Below are positions 21,530 through 30,471 of a stretch of 64,000 bases of DNA, in pieces. Below the pieces are notes generated by a model. The model did no database searches and was not told where the DNA came from. It saw nothing but the letters and a program-made list of their open reading frames with translations. The stretch is taken from contig JBJOMY010000002.1 in the NCBI GenBank assembly GCA_046052125.1, positions 288,001 through 352,000 on the forward strand, in the 5' to 3' direction. This stretch comes from Cyanobacteriota bacterium. Its GTDB lineage: Bacteria > Cyanobacteriota > Cyanobacteriia > PCC-6307 > Cyanobiaceae. Made by a program: the position numbers and the translations under genes. Position 1 is the stretch's first letter, and the number at the start of each line of letters is the position of its first letter.

Positions 21530-21955
21530 ATGGCTGCCTCGGATGTGCGCTGGCTGCAGCGGCTGGAGAATTACGGGCGGGCGCTGGCCACGTTGCAACG
21601 GGCACTCCAGACGGCACGGGAACGAGCGCTCAGCGAGCTGGAGGAGCAGGGCCTGATTCAGGCCTTTGAGTTCACCCATGAACTGAGTTGGCTCCTTCTC
21701 AAAGACTTCCTGGTGGATCAGGGGGTGAGCGGCATCAGTGGTTCCCGCGATGCCGTGCGTGAGGCGGTGGTGCGGGAGTTGTTGCCCGCTGGCCGTGAGG
21801 ACACCTGGATGGCGATGATCCGCAGTCGCAATCTCACCAGCCACACCTACAACCCTGAATTGGCCCATGAGATCGCAGCGTTGATCGTGCAGCGCTATGC
21901 GCCTGCCTTGGTTGAGCTCCAGGGGGTGTTGCTCGAGCGAGCTCAGGGGCGATGA
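21530..21955 (+). CDS. HEPN toxin / nucleotidyltransferase substrate-binding protein (HI0074-like)
   Basis: RWLQRLENY, GLIQAFEFTHEL, RNLTSH (Rx4H). Confidence 0.85.
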   Translation: MAASDVRWLQRLENYGRALATLQRALQTARERALSELEEQGLIQAFEFTHELSWLLLKDFLVDQGVSGISGSRDAVREAVVRELLPAGREDTWMAMIRSRNLTSHTYNPELAHEIAALIVQRYAPALVELQGVLLERAQGR

Positions 21956-22311
21956 CCGGGATCGAACCCAAGGCCCCACCTACTCCCACCATTGCAGGGC
22001 TGCCTCAGGACGCTACGGCGAGGATCATGGAACGTGTCACGGAGCGGCCCGCCATCCAACGGGTTGTGTTGTATGGCTCCAGGGCCCTGGGGCGGCAGCG
22101 CTCCGGCTCCGACATTGACCTCTGCCTCGATGCGCCGGACATGGATCTGGCGGAGCTGATGGTGCTGGGCGCCCAGCTTGACGACCTGCTGCTGCCTTGG
22201 CGGATTGATGTGCAGCTGCGTCACCTGATTCGCCACCCTGGCTTGTTGGAGCACATCGACCGGGTGGGGATCACACTGCATCCTTTGCAGTCTTTCGATG
22301 GTGCTGAGTGA
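21952..22311 (+). CDS. Minimal nucleotidyltransferase (MNT) antitoxin
   Basis: LYGSRALG...SDIDL (GSx10DxD); 4-nt overlap with the HEPN gene. Confidence 0.85.
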   Translation: MTGIEPKAPPTPTIAGLPQDATARIMERVTERPAIQRVVLYGSRALGRQRSGSDIDLCLDAPDMDLAELMVLGAQLDDLLLPWRIDVQLRHLIRHPGLLEHIDRVGITLHPLQSFDGAE

Positions 22312-22329
22312 TTCAGCCCCTGCTGATCG

Positions 22330-22791
22330 TCAGGCCTCCAGGATCAACGTGAGGGCCGACTCACCCTCAACCACTGATGTTGTTTGCAGCCGCCTGTCCA
22401 GGGTGACCAGATGCCCCTTGTGATGGATGGCCAGTGCCAGCAGGTAGGTGTCGGTGATCTGGCTGTGGTTGAGCAGTTGAGCGGCATTCAAGTGGTTGCT
22501 GCCGATCAGGCTGATCGCATCGGGCCAGAAGCAGTGATCGCGATGGCCCAGCCAAGGACCCAGTAATTCAGCCACTACTCGGGGATCGCCGGGGCTGTTG
22601 GGGTAACGGGGATGGCCAAGAATTCTCAGAACGGCGTTCTGAGTTAGAGGGCAACTGGCCCAGCCGTTGTGCAGGTTCTGGTTGAACCACTGGTGCGCGA
22701 TCGCGTGGTGAACGTGCCAAGGATCCAAAAGCGCAATCCACACATTCACGTCGAGCAGTGCTCGGCGGCTTTGGCGTTGCTCAGTCATCAC
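22330..22791 (-). CDS. VapC PIN-domain toxin
   Basis: LLDVNVWIAL, QITDTYLLALA, LVTLDRR. Confidence 0.85.
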   Translation of the reverse strand: MMTEQRQSRRALLDVNVWIALLDPWHVHHAIAHQWFNQNLHNGWASCPLTQNAVLRILGHPRYPNSPGDPRVVAELLGPWLGHRDHCFWPDAISLIGSNHLNAAQLLNHSQITDTYLLALAIHHKGHLVTLDRRLQTTSVVEGESALTLILEA

Positions 22792-23014
22792 GGAGTTGGT
22801 TCACGAGCTCGAGATCCACGGGCCCGCCCTGGGCATGGCGTGGGAGAACGGGCAACCCGCCGTCCACCGGAATCGAAGCAGCGGCTGGCCGACGCTCAGC
22901 CAGGGCTTGTCTGGCCAGATCGCTGATCACGGCACCGATGCTGCTGTTGCGATGCCGTGCCAGCACCTTGGCGGCATCCAGCACATCGTTGTCGATCGAC
23001 AGAGTTGTGCGCAT
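22781..23014 (-). CDS. VapB-type ribbon-helix-helix antitoxin
   Basis: MRTTLSIDNDVL...SIGAVISDLAR; overlaps vapC start. Confidence 0.85.
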   Translation of the reverse strand: MRTTLSIDNDVLDAAKVLARHRNSSIGAVISDLARQALAERRPAAASIPVDGGLPVLPRHAQGGPVDLELVNQLRDD

Positions 23015-23040
23015 CTGATGAGGAACATCAAGCATCAATC
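23011..23040. promoter_or_regulatory. Putative vapBC operator
   Basis: TGATG-AGGAA-CATCA dyad at 23016-23030 plus extra CATC units right at the antitoxin start. Confidence 0.5.
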
Positions 23041-23085
23041 TAGGTTGGACTCCACAATGGCGTAACGGTTTCTGCTCCCCCAGCC

Positions 23086-23952
23086 ATGAAGGTGCTGCTC
23101 ACCGGTGCTGCGGGCCAGCTGGGCCAGGCGCTGATCGCCTCAACGCCGCCTGGGGTGGAGCTCGTCGCCTGCAGTCGCGCTGAGCTCGATCTGGCCAACC
23201 CTGCTGCCTGTCGGGTTGCCGTGCAGGCGCAACGCCCGGATTGGGTGATCAACGCTGGCGCCTACACGGCGGTTGATCAGAGCGAAAGCGAGCCGGAGCT
23301 GGCGCAGGCCGTGAATGCGGGTGCCCCCGGCGCCTTCGCCGCAGCCCTGGCCGAAACCGGCGGCCGTCTGCTGCAGGTGAGCACCGATTTCGTGTTCAAC
23401 GGCGCCCAAGGTTCGCCCTATCGCCCTGATCAGCCGGTGCATCCGCTGGGGGTGTACGGCGCCAGTAAGGCAGCTGGCGAAGCGGCGGCGGCAGAGGTGC
23501 TGGAGGCCGGGCGTCTCTGCATCCTGCGCACCAGCTGGGTGTATGGACCGCTGGGCAAGAACTTTCTGCTCACCATGCTGCGGCTGATGAGGGAACGCGA
23601 GCAGCTGGGGGTGGTGGCCGATCAGGTGGGTTGCCCCACGGCCACGGCCGGCTTGGCGCAGGCCTGTTGGGCCGTACTGGAGCACGATGTGGCCGGGGTG
23701 CACCATTGGAGTGATGCCGGCGCCGCCAGTTGGTACGACTTCGCCGTGGCGATCTCGGAGCTGGGCCAGGCCACTGGCTTGTTGGAGAACCCAGTTCTGA
23801 TTAAGCCGATCACCACGGCTGATTACCCCACGCCGGCGCAGCGGCCCAGCTACTCGCTGCTGGATTGCACGGGTACCCGTCAGGCGTTGCAGCGTTCTCC
23901 CCTGCACTGGCGCGAGGCTCTGCGGCAGGTGATGGGCGATCTCGTGGCGTAA
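23086..23952 (+). CDS. rfbD: dTDP-4-dehydrorhamnose reductase
   Basis: TGAAGQLG, AYTAVD, STDFVF, YGASK, RTSWVY. Confidence 0.95.
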   Translation: MKVLLTGAAGQLGQALIASTPPGVELVACSRAELDLANPAACRVAVQAQRPDWVINAGAYTAVDQSESEPELAQAVNAGAPGAFAAALAETGGRLLQVSTDFVFNGAQGSPYRPDQPVHPLGVYGASKAAGEAAAAEVLEAGRLCILRTSWVYGPLGKNFLLTMLRLMREREQLGVVADQVGCPTATAGLAQACWAVLEHDVAGVHHWSDAGAASWYDFAVAISELGQATGLLENPVLIKPITTADYPTPAQRPSYSLLDCTGTRQALQRSPLHWREALRQVMGDLVA

Positions 23953-24702
23953 CCCTCGCCGGATCCTGCTGGCGTGCGCTGGGCTCGACCTGGCGGGTTT
24001 TTGATCGGCCTGGCTGTGCTGATCTGCCTGTTCAAGCCTGTGCCGTCGTTCCCGCAGTTGGGATGGTTGCTCTTCACCGCACTGGCTTATCTGGGGCTGG
24101 GCTGGCTGTTTGGCAGCTACACGGTGCTGCGCTGGCGGCGCTTGCCGCTGGCCGCGGTGCTGCAGCGGGTGTTGATCACGGGGGTGGTCACCCTCGTGCT
24201 GGCGGCGCTGTTGATCTGGCTGGAAGATCGCGGACCTGTGTTCTATGTGCAGCAGCGAAGTGGTTGGTTGGGCCGAACGTTTCAGGTGTTCAACCTGCGC
24301 ACGATGCAGGTGGCGCCGCCCGATGCACCCGCCGTTTGGACGGTGCCCGGCGATCAACGCATCACCCGGGTGGGCCTCTGGCTGCGGCGCCTGCGCCTCG
24401 ATGAGCTGCCACAGCTGCTCAACGTGCTCAGCGGCGACATGAGCCTGATCGGTCGCCCCCCGGAGCGACCCGAATTCGAGCACGAGCTGGAGGCACGCAT
24501 CCCCCACTACCGCAAGCGCCACTGGATGCGGCCTGGGCTGAGCGGCTGGGCCCAGGTGTGTGCTCCCTACGCCGCCAGCGTGGAGGATTCAGAGTTGAAG
24601 CTCTCTTACGACCTCTACTACCTCAAACACTTCAGCACCTGGATGGATCTGATCATCTTGTTTCGCACGATCAAAACGGTGCTCAAGGCTGGGGGGCGTT
24701 GA
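23935..24702 (+). pseudogene. Degenerate sugar transferase (internal deletion, 5' frameshift)
   Basis: Paralog of 8902-10230 lacking ~190 central aa; N-terminus ISWRNPRRILLACAGLDLAG is in another frame; NLRTM and GRPPE in place of KIRTM and GPRPE. Confidence 0.65.
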
Positions 24703-26230
24703 CTACATCGCAGAGGTAGACGTGCCAGCGCTTGATTACACGTTTGTCTTTGATCTTGCATCTTGCGCCTAAAACTGTTGGATCAAGAGCTGTTTTGCTC
24801 ACCACAGCACCCAGGGGAAGTCCTCCAAGCCGTTGATCAACATCCTGAATCACCCTTGTTTCGCTGCTGTCAAGGTTGGGCCAATCAGGCTTGGTGTAGG
24901 TGCGCCTTTGGCTGTGATAGGCGAAGGCTGAGCTCCAGTCGTCACCGAAGACAAGAATGCCTGAGTGGGTTGGGGTGTGGTTCTGAATCAGTTTGCCGAT
25001 GGCTATTTTGTCGCTGCTTTTGCGTTGAATGCGAGGCCAATCATTGCTGAAGAAGCTGTTCAGATTGGCGATGATCACAACGGTCAGCGCCATGATCACG
25101 ATGCCCTTCTGAACCCGTTGCTGCTGGGCTTGATCGAGGAGTGAGGCACCGGAGGCGGCCACGGCCATCAGGAGAAAGATCTGATTGCTGGCTTGGTAAT
25201 AGCTATGTACGATGTGCAGGTTGGTGAAGATCAACAGGGGTGCGACGCTCAGGAACAGGCAGGCCAGCAGGAAGGTTTTCACTGGTTTGCTGCTGATCCA
25301 AAGGCCACCGATCAGGAGTGCTGTGATAGGTAGGGCCGCCAGCGGTGTGAGCATCCGCTGTAGCACAACGTCGTGCCAGAGCTCAGGTTGCAGCCGCTGG
25401 CTCGCCTGGCCGAAGTTCCAGGCTCTCAGGGCTGTGGAGGTGAGCTGCGACCCGATCGGGTTGAGTTGTTTCAGGGCATCAGCGTGATGGGTCCAGCCAT
25501 AGAGCAGGGCAAAAGCCACGGCCATCGCGCTGCCCACAAGCAGCTGTTGGACTCTCCCCTGCCGGTTCGCGAGGACTGTTCTGCTCTGCCAGATCCAGTC
25601 GCCCCCCATTAGCATCAGTGCCGGGAGTGCGGTGGTGGCTTTCACCAGCAGCCCCAGGCTCAGGCTGATGCCCAAGGCGATGCTGAGCAGGCCGAATGGC
25701 TGTGCCGTATCAGCCTGTGTTGCAGTATCTGGCCGTAGTTGGCTGTACAGATCCAGGCTCACCAATGTGAAGAACAGCGCCGTGCTCTCCATCAGGAATG
25801 CCCGGTTCCAGAAGAGATAGATCGAGGAAGTGCAGTACAGCGCGATGAACAGGCCGATGGCTGTGAAGCTCAGTCCAAAACGCCGCATCAGGCGCGTCGC
25901 TGGCGAGAGGCAGCCCAGGCCGAATAGCACGCTGATCAGTCGGCCACTGCTGCTCAGGTTCAGGCCCGAGAGATGCGCTAGTTGATGGGTGATCCACTGA
26001 AACAGTGGGAATTCAAACGGAATGCTCCAGGGCGCACCAACCACGGGTGTTTGATAGTTCAACAGCCCTTCAAGGCCGGGCTGCATGAACAGGGCGCTCA
26101 GGGCCGTCTGGGTCTGACGGAATTCGTGGCGGTCGATCAATGGCTGATCCAGCCTGCCGAACCAGAACACCCCGGCGAACACAACGGCCGCTGTGATCAG
26201 CAGCCAGATCCAACGGGGCCTTGGGGGCAT
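24683..26230 (-). CDS. Polytopic GT-C-like (ArnT/PMT-like) glycosyltransferase
   Basis: Many TM helices; DRHEFRQTQT and PFEFPLFQ in the first loop; last gene of the pentofuranose cassette. Confidence 0.6.
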   Translation of the reverse strand: MPPRPRWIWLLITAAVVFAGVFWFGRLDQPLIDRHEFRQTQTALSALFMQPGLEGLLNYQTPVVGAPWSIPFEFPLFQWITHQLAHLSGLNLSSSGRLISVLFGLGCLSPATRLMRRFGLSFTAIGLFIALYCTSSIYLFWNRAFLMESTALFFTLVSLDLYSQLRPDTATQADTAQPFGLLSIALGISLSLGLLVKATTALPALMLMGGDWIWQSRTVLANRQGRVQQLLVGSAMAVAFALLYGWTHHADALKQLNPIGSQLTSTALRAWNFGQASQRLQPELWHDVVLQRMLTPLAALPITALLIGGLWISSKPVKTFLLACLFLSVAPLLIFTNLHIVHSYYQASNQIFLLMAVAASGASLLDQAQQQRVQKGIVIMALTVVIIANLNSFFSNDWPRIQRKSSDKIAIGKLIQNHTPTHSGILVFGDDWSSAFAYHSQRRTYTKPDWPNLDSSETRVIQDVDQRLGGLPLGAVVSKTALDPTVLGARCKIKDKRVIKRWHVYLCDVVNAPQP

Positions 26231-26235
26231 TCGCT

Positions 26236-27786
26236 TCAGGCGCGGCGGCGCACCAAGCTTGCAGCAGCCGCGAGAGCCGTGATCATCCACACGCTGCAGA
26301 GACGGCGCAGGATGGCGATGCTCAAGGCCAGGGAGCTGGGGATGCCGGCCTGGTGCAGCAGCAGCGTGGTGGCGGCTTCATTCACGCCGAGCCCGCCAGG
26401 CAGCAGCGATGCCATGCCGGCTGTGCCCGAGAGCAGGTAAACGCTGATGGCCTGGCCGGCGTTCACTGTGGCGGCCGGACTGATCGCCTGCACCAGCAGC
26501 CAGAGAATCATCGCTTCCAGGCCCCAGATCCCCAGGCTCACGCCGCTGGCGGGCAGGCAGGCGCAGGCGAGACGGCCGCTGGGCAGGTGTTGCCGCCAGT
26601 GGGAGCGACGACTCCAGAGCCAACGGCCAAGGGCCAGGGCCAGCAGGGCGGCGAGGCCAATTAAGGCCACGGCCGTGGAGGTCAGCGGCCCGAGCCGCTG
26701 TTGCAGTTGTCCGGGCACGAGTAGGGCCAACCAGATCACCACCGCGGCTGCATCGCAGAGGCGCTCCGCCAAGAAGGCATGCAATAGCGGTGAGCGGGGG
26801 TAGCCCAGCTGCTGATGCAGCTGCTGCACCCGTGAAAGTTCGCCCAGCTTGCCGGGGGTGGCGGTGAGCGCGAAGCCCTGGAACCACACCACGGCTTCGC
26901 GGCGGCTGCGGCGGCCGATGCCTTCGGCGTTCAGCAGCAACCTGAAGCGCCAGTAGCGGCCCGCGTAGCTCAGGGCCAGAACGGCAGCGATGGCGGGCAG
27001 CCAGCCCGGAAGCCGCATCACGCCACTGATCAGGTTGGTCTGGGCGGTGGGATCCAGCCGCAACAGGCCGGCCAGCGCTGAGAGCAGCAGCACCGCCGCG
27101 AGGGGCGTGAACCAACGCGTCAGCCCTGGCGCGGTCGGGTAAGGACGAGCTGCTGCCTGGAAACTGCGCCAGTGCGGCTCTGCAGCACGTTGCAGCAGTT
27201 CCCGATCGCCGCGGCTGTCGCCGTAGGCATGCAGCTCCACGCTGTGAAGCGGGCCTTGCAGCCACTGACTGAGCCGCTGGATCTTCTCCGGCCCTTTGCA
27301 GTTGGGTGAGCGCAGTTCGATCGGGGCGCCACTGCAGGGATCGCTGGTTTCCGTGGCGATCAGTTCCACCTCCAGCCGCTCGGCGATCGGCTGCAGCAAG
27401 CAGCGGGGCGAGGCCGACACGATTACCAGCCGGTGGCCCTGTTGGCGATGCCACTCCAGGCGGGCTAGAGCTTCCGGCCGCAGCCGCTGCCAGAGCGCAT
27501 CGGCGAGTCTGTGTTGCAACAGGCGTTGCCGCTGCGGCGCCGAGCGCGCTTGCATCGCCGGCGTGAGCAGCACCCGCAGGAACACCTGCTTGAACCAGGC
27601 GGTGCTGCGCAGCCTGCTCTTCCAGAGCAGCAGTGCTGGCAGGAGCAGCAGTCCATCCCGCAGCCGCCCCAGCGGTGAGCGCATCAAGCTGTGCAGGATC
27701 AGCAGGCAGTCGCCATCGAGCAGGGTGCCATCGAAATCGAAGGCGGCGACCGGGCGCGCCGCGGCTGCTGTGGGCGATCCGCTCAT
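26236..27786 (-). CDS. HAD-IB phosphatase fused to an LPG-synthase-TM/flippase-like membrane domain
   Basis: FDFDGTL, VSASP, NCKGPEK, YGDSRGD; C-term TPGKLGE, LPGGLGVNE. Confidence 0.8.
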   Translation of the reverse strand: MSGSPTAAAARPVAAFDFDGTLLDGDCLLILHSLMRSPLGRLRDGLLLLPALLLWKSRLRSTAWFKQVFLRVLLTPAMQARSAPQRQRLLQHRLADALWQRLRPEALARLEWHRQQGHRLVIVSASPRCLLQPIAERLEVELIATETSDPCSGAPIELRSPNCKGPEKIQRLSQWLQGPLHSVELHAYGDSRGDRELLQRAAEPHWRSFQAAARPYPTAPGLTRWFTPLAAVLLLSALAGLLRLDPTAQTNLISGVMRLPGWLPAIAAVLALSYAGRYWRFRLLLNAEGIGRRSRREAVVWFQGFALTATPGKLGELSRVQQLHQQLGYPRSPLLHAFLAERLCDAAAVVIWLALLVPGQLQQRLGPLTSTAVALIGLAALLALALGRWLWSRRSHWRQHLPSGRLACACLPASGVSLGIWGLEAMILWLLVQAISPAATVNAGQAISVYLLSGTAGMASLLPGGLGVNEAATTLLLHQAGIPSSLALSIAILRRLCSVWMITALAAAASLVRRRA

Positions 27787-28226
27787 GGGCGTTGGCGGAA
27801 CGAAATGTGTTTGTGGCCGAAGTAGCTGCTCAGCACCGGCACTGCCACGCCGATGCCGTGGGCGATCAGATCGCGCAGCACCACGATGCCGAGTAGGGGC
27901 AGGAGCCAGTTGCGCAGGCCCACGCTCACCAGCCACGTTTGCAACACGGCAAACAGGTTCACCAGAGCGAAGGCAGCGAAGGAGCGACGCACGCTGGTGC
28001 GGCTCTGTAGAAACACGAATTTCCGTGCCAGCACATAGGCGGTGAGCATGCCCACGCCGTAGGCCAGCAACACCGCCAGCTCAAAGCGCAGCAGCTGTGA
28101 AAACCCCACCCGGCTCAGCACGTTCACCAGGGCGGCTACCCCTCCGGTGATCAGAAACAGCAGAAATTCACGCCGGGGGGAAAGGGGTGGTGGCGTCTCT
28201 GGCTTGGGCCCTGTTGTAGCCGTCAT
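27783..28226 (-). CDS. GtrA-family flippase
   Basis: Small 4-TM protein, FLITGGVAALVN, ARKFVF. Confidence 0.85.
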   Translation of the reverse strand: MTATTGPKPETPPPLSPRREFLLFLITGGVAALVNVLSRVGFSQLLRFELAVLLAYGVGMLTAYVLARKFVFLQSRTSVRRSFAAFALVNLFAVLQTWLVSVGLRNWLLPLLGIVVLRDLIAHGIGVAVPVLSSYFGHKHISFRQRP

Positions 28227-29533
28227 CGCCGGGCGGCCTGCAGCTCCCGGCACACCTTCCGCGCCAGCTCGCGCCCATAGCCCACGCTTTCAGCGATGCC
28301 GCGATCTTCCGGGTAGTACACGGTGGTGTCCACCGTGGTGATGCCGGGCAGGGGGTTCAGCGGCGGCAGGCTCTGCTGGAAGTGGGTGCCGCACACCGGT
28401 TGGGCATAGCGGTAGCGGCTGCAGTGGGCGGCCAGCACATCGCCATCAGCCAGATCGGGGTTGATCGCTTTCAGGCAGGCGATCGAATCGGCGATGAAGG
28501 CCTGATCGGGGCGCTGATAGTCCGGATGGCTGGCGGGCATGTAATAGGGCACATAGGTGATGTGCCCCTGCACCGGCCTCAGATTCGAAAATTCGATGAT
28601 GCCGGGGATGCCGAAGCGCGCGTCGTTGATGTTGGTCCAGAAGTTGCCTGTGATCGGCTGGCGGGTTTGGAGCACCACGCAGGCGCAGGCCACTGAGATC
28701 TGGTTGGCGTAGCGCTCTACCAGGGGGGCATCGGCTCCCCCGGCTTCCAGCATCGGCGCTACCAGGGGCAGTGGCACCGTGGAGATCACGGCATCGAAGT
28801 GGCGCTCGCCGGCGGGAGTGCGCACCACCGCACCCTGCCCAGGGCCGTTGGAGCGGATTGCCTGCACCGGGCTGGAGAGCTGGATCTCGCAGCCCAGCTC
28901 CCGCAGCCGTTGCTCGAGCGCATCGATCCAGCGTTGCGAGCCGCCCTCCAGATAGCCGAGGGTTTCCTTCAGCCAGCGGCGCGATTGCCCGAGGCGGCGG
29001 ATGCGGCTCCAGATCCAGGCGGCTGAAAGGCTGTCGCTGTGCTCGTAGAACTTGTAGGCAAACAGCTTCTGCCAGAGCAGGGCATAGCCCTTCTCGCCCA
29101 GCCAGGTTTTGAGCCAGTCGGTGGCGCGGAGGCCATCGAGGTGCTGCCAGCGGTGCAGGCTGAGGCAGCGGGCGGCATGGAGCAGATAGCGCAGGCGCGT
29201 GAGCAGGGGCAGGCGGCGGAAGCTGAGCACCGAACCAGCGCTGCCCCAGGGGTAGAGGCGTCCATCCACGAAGAAGCCCATGGAGGTTTGCTTCCAGCGC
29301 AGCTGATCTGCCAGGCCGAGTTCGTCAAGTAGCTGGAAGAACGCCCCATCGCTGAGGCAATGGAAGTGGTAGTAGCGCTCGAGGGTTTGTCCGGCGAAGG
29401 CGAAGCTCGCCGCCATGCCGCCGAGGCGATCATCCGCTTCCAGTAGCACCGGTTTGGCGCCCTCAAGCGCCAACTGATAGGCCACCGCCAGGCCCATGGG
29501 GCCGCCGCCCACCACCGCAATCATTGGCGCCAT
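28223..29533 (-). CDS. FAD-dependent oxidoreductase (amine oxidase/HemY-like fold)
   Basis: VVGGGPMGL, LGGMA, ERYYHF, YYPEDRG. Confidence 0.8.
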   Translation of the reverse strand: MAPMIAVVGGGPMGLAVAYQLALEGAKPVLLEADDRLGGMAASFAFAGQTLERYYHFHCLSDGAFFQLLDELGLADQLRWKQTSMGFFVDGRLYPWGSAGSVLSFRRLPLLTRLRYLLHAARCLSLHRWQHLDGLRATDWLKTWLGEKGYALLWQKLFAYKFYEHSDSLSAAWIWSRIRRLGQSRRWLKETLGYLEGGSQRWIDALEQRLRELGCEIQLSSPVQAIRSNGPGQGAVVRTPAGERHFDAVISTVPLPLVAPMLEAGGADAPLVERYANQISVACACVVLQTRQPITGNFWTNINDARFGIPGIIEFSNLRPVQGHITYVPYYMPASHPDYQRPDQAFIADSIACLKAINPDLADGDVLAAHCSRYRYAQPVCGTHFQQSLPPLNPLPGITTVDTTVYYPEDRGIAESVGYGRELARKVCRELQAARR

Positions 29534-30471
29534 CAGAAGGGAAGGACCACCTGGGAATAGCGGGGATCCTGGTAGGTGATCCGCAGTGCATCGGCCAGAG
29601 AGGTGGGCTGCACCGAGAAGATGCCGGGCCAATCGATCACTTCGAATTCATCGCCGGCGGTGAGGGCGGTGAGTTGGGAGCGGGTGAAGGCGGGCTGGCG
29701 GCTGATCAGAGCCCAGAGCTGCAGCAACCAGCCGAACAGCGGAATCGGCAGGTGGATGATCCAGGGGCGAGCGTTCACGGCCTGGCGCAATTGGCGCATC
29801 AGGCTGATGTAGCTCACCTGTTCGAGCCCAGTGATGTCGTAGGTGCCGCTCAGGCCCGGCTGCTCGAGGCAGCTCTGGATCACCTGGCAGAAATCGCCCA
29901 CGTAGAGCGGCTGGCGGATGAAGCGGCCGCTGCCGGGGATTGGGAACACGGGCAGCTTCTGCATGAGGCGGGCCAGCCAGCCCAGGTGTTTGCGATCAAA
30001 CCAGCCGAACATCAAGGTGGGCCGCAGGATCACCACCCCAGGCCAGCTGCGCTGCACCAGCTCTTCTTGGGCGCGCTTTGTGGTGGTGTAGAGGTCTGTG
30101 GCCACAGAGTTCACCACCGAGCTGCTGATGTGCACCAGCCGGGGGATGGCCTGACGCTTGAGCTGCTCGAGCACCACTTCAGTGGTGCGGATGTTGTTGC
30201 GCTCGAATTGCGTGGGATCGGTGTTGCCGATCTCGGCTTGGAGCATCACGCAGGCGTTGGAGCCTGCCAGGCGCTCGGGCCACTGCACGCCTTCTGTGCT
30301 GGTGAGGTCTTCGCAGAGGAACTCCACGGCGGGGAAGAGCTTCCGGCCGGCTTCCACCGCCTCGCGCTTTTTGTCCACGACCAGCAGCTGCCACTCGGGA
30401 TGGTGCTGCTGAAGCAGGGCAATCAGGTTGAGCCCCACCAGGCCGGCACCGCCGGGAAGAAACACCTTCAT
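29533..30471 (-). CDS. NAD-dependent epimerase/dehydratase-family reductase
   Basis: GGAGLVG, HISSS, YTTTK, LRPTLMFG. Confidence 0.8.
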   Translation of the reverse strand: MKVFLPGGAGLVGLNLIALLQQHHPEWQLLVVDKKREAVEAGRKLFPAVEFLCEDLTSTEGVQWPERLAGSNACVMLQAEIGNTDPTQFERNNIRTTEVVLEQLKRQAIPRLVHISSSVVNSVATDLYTTTKRAQEELVQRSWPGVVILRPTLMFGWFDRKHLGWLARLMQKLPVFPIPGSGRFIRQPLYVGDFCQVIQSCLEQPGLSGTYDITGLEQVSYISLMRQLRQAVNARPWIIHLPIPLFGWLLQLWALISRQPAFTRSQLTALTAGDEFEVIDWPGIFSVQPTSLADALRITYQDPRYSQVVLPF

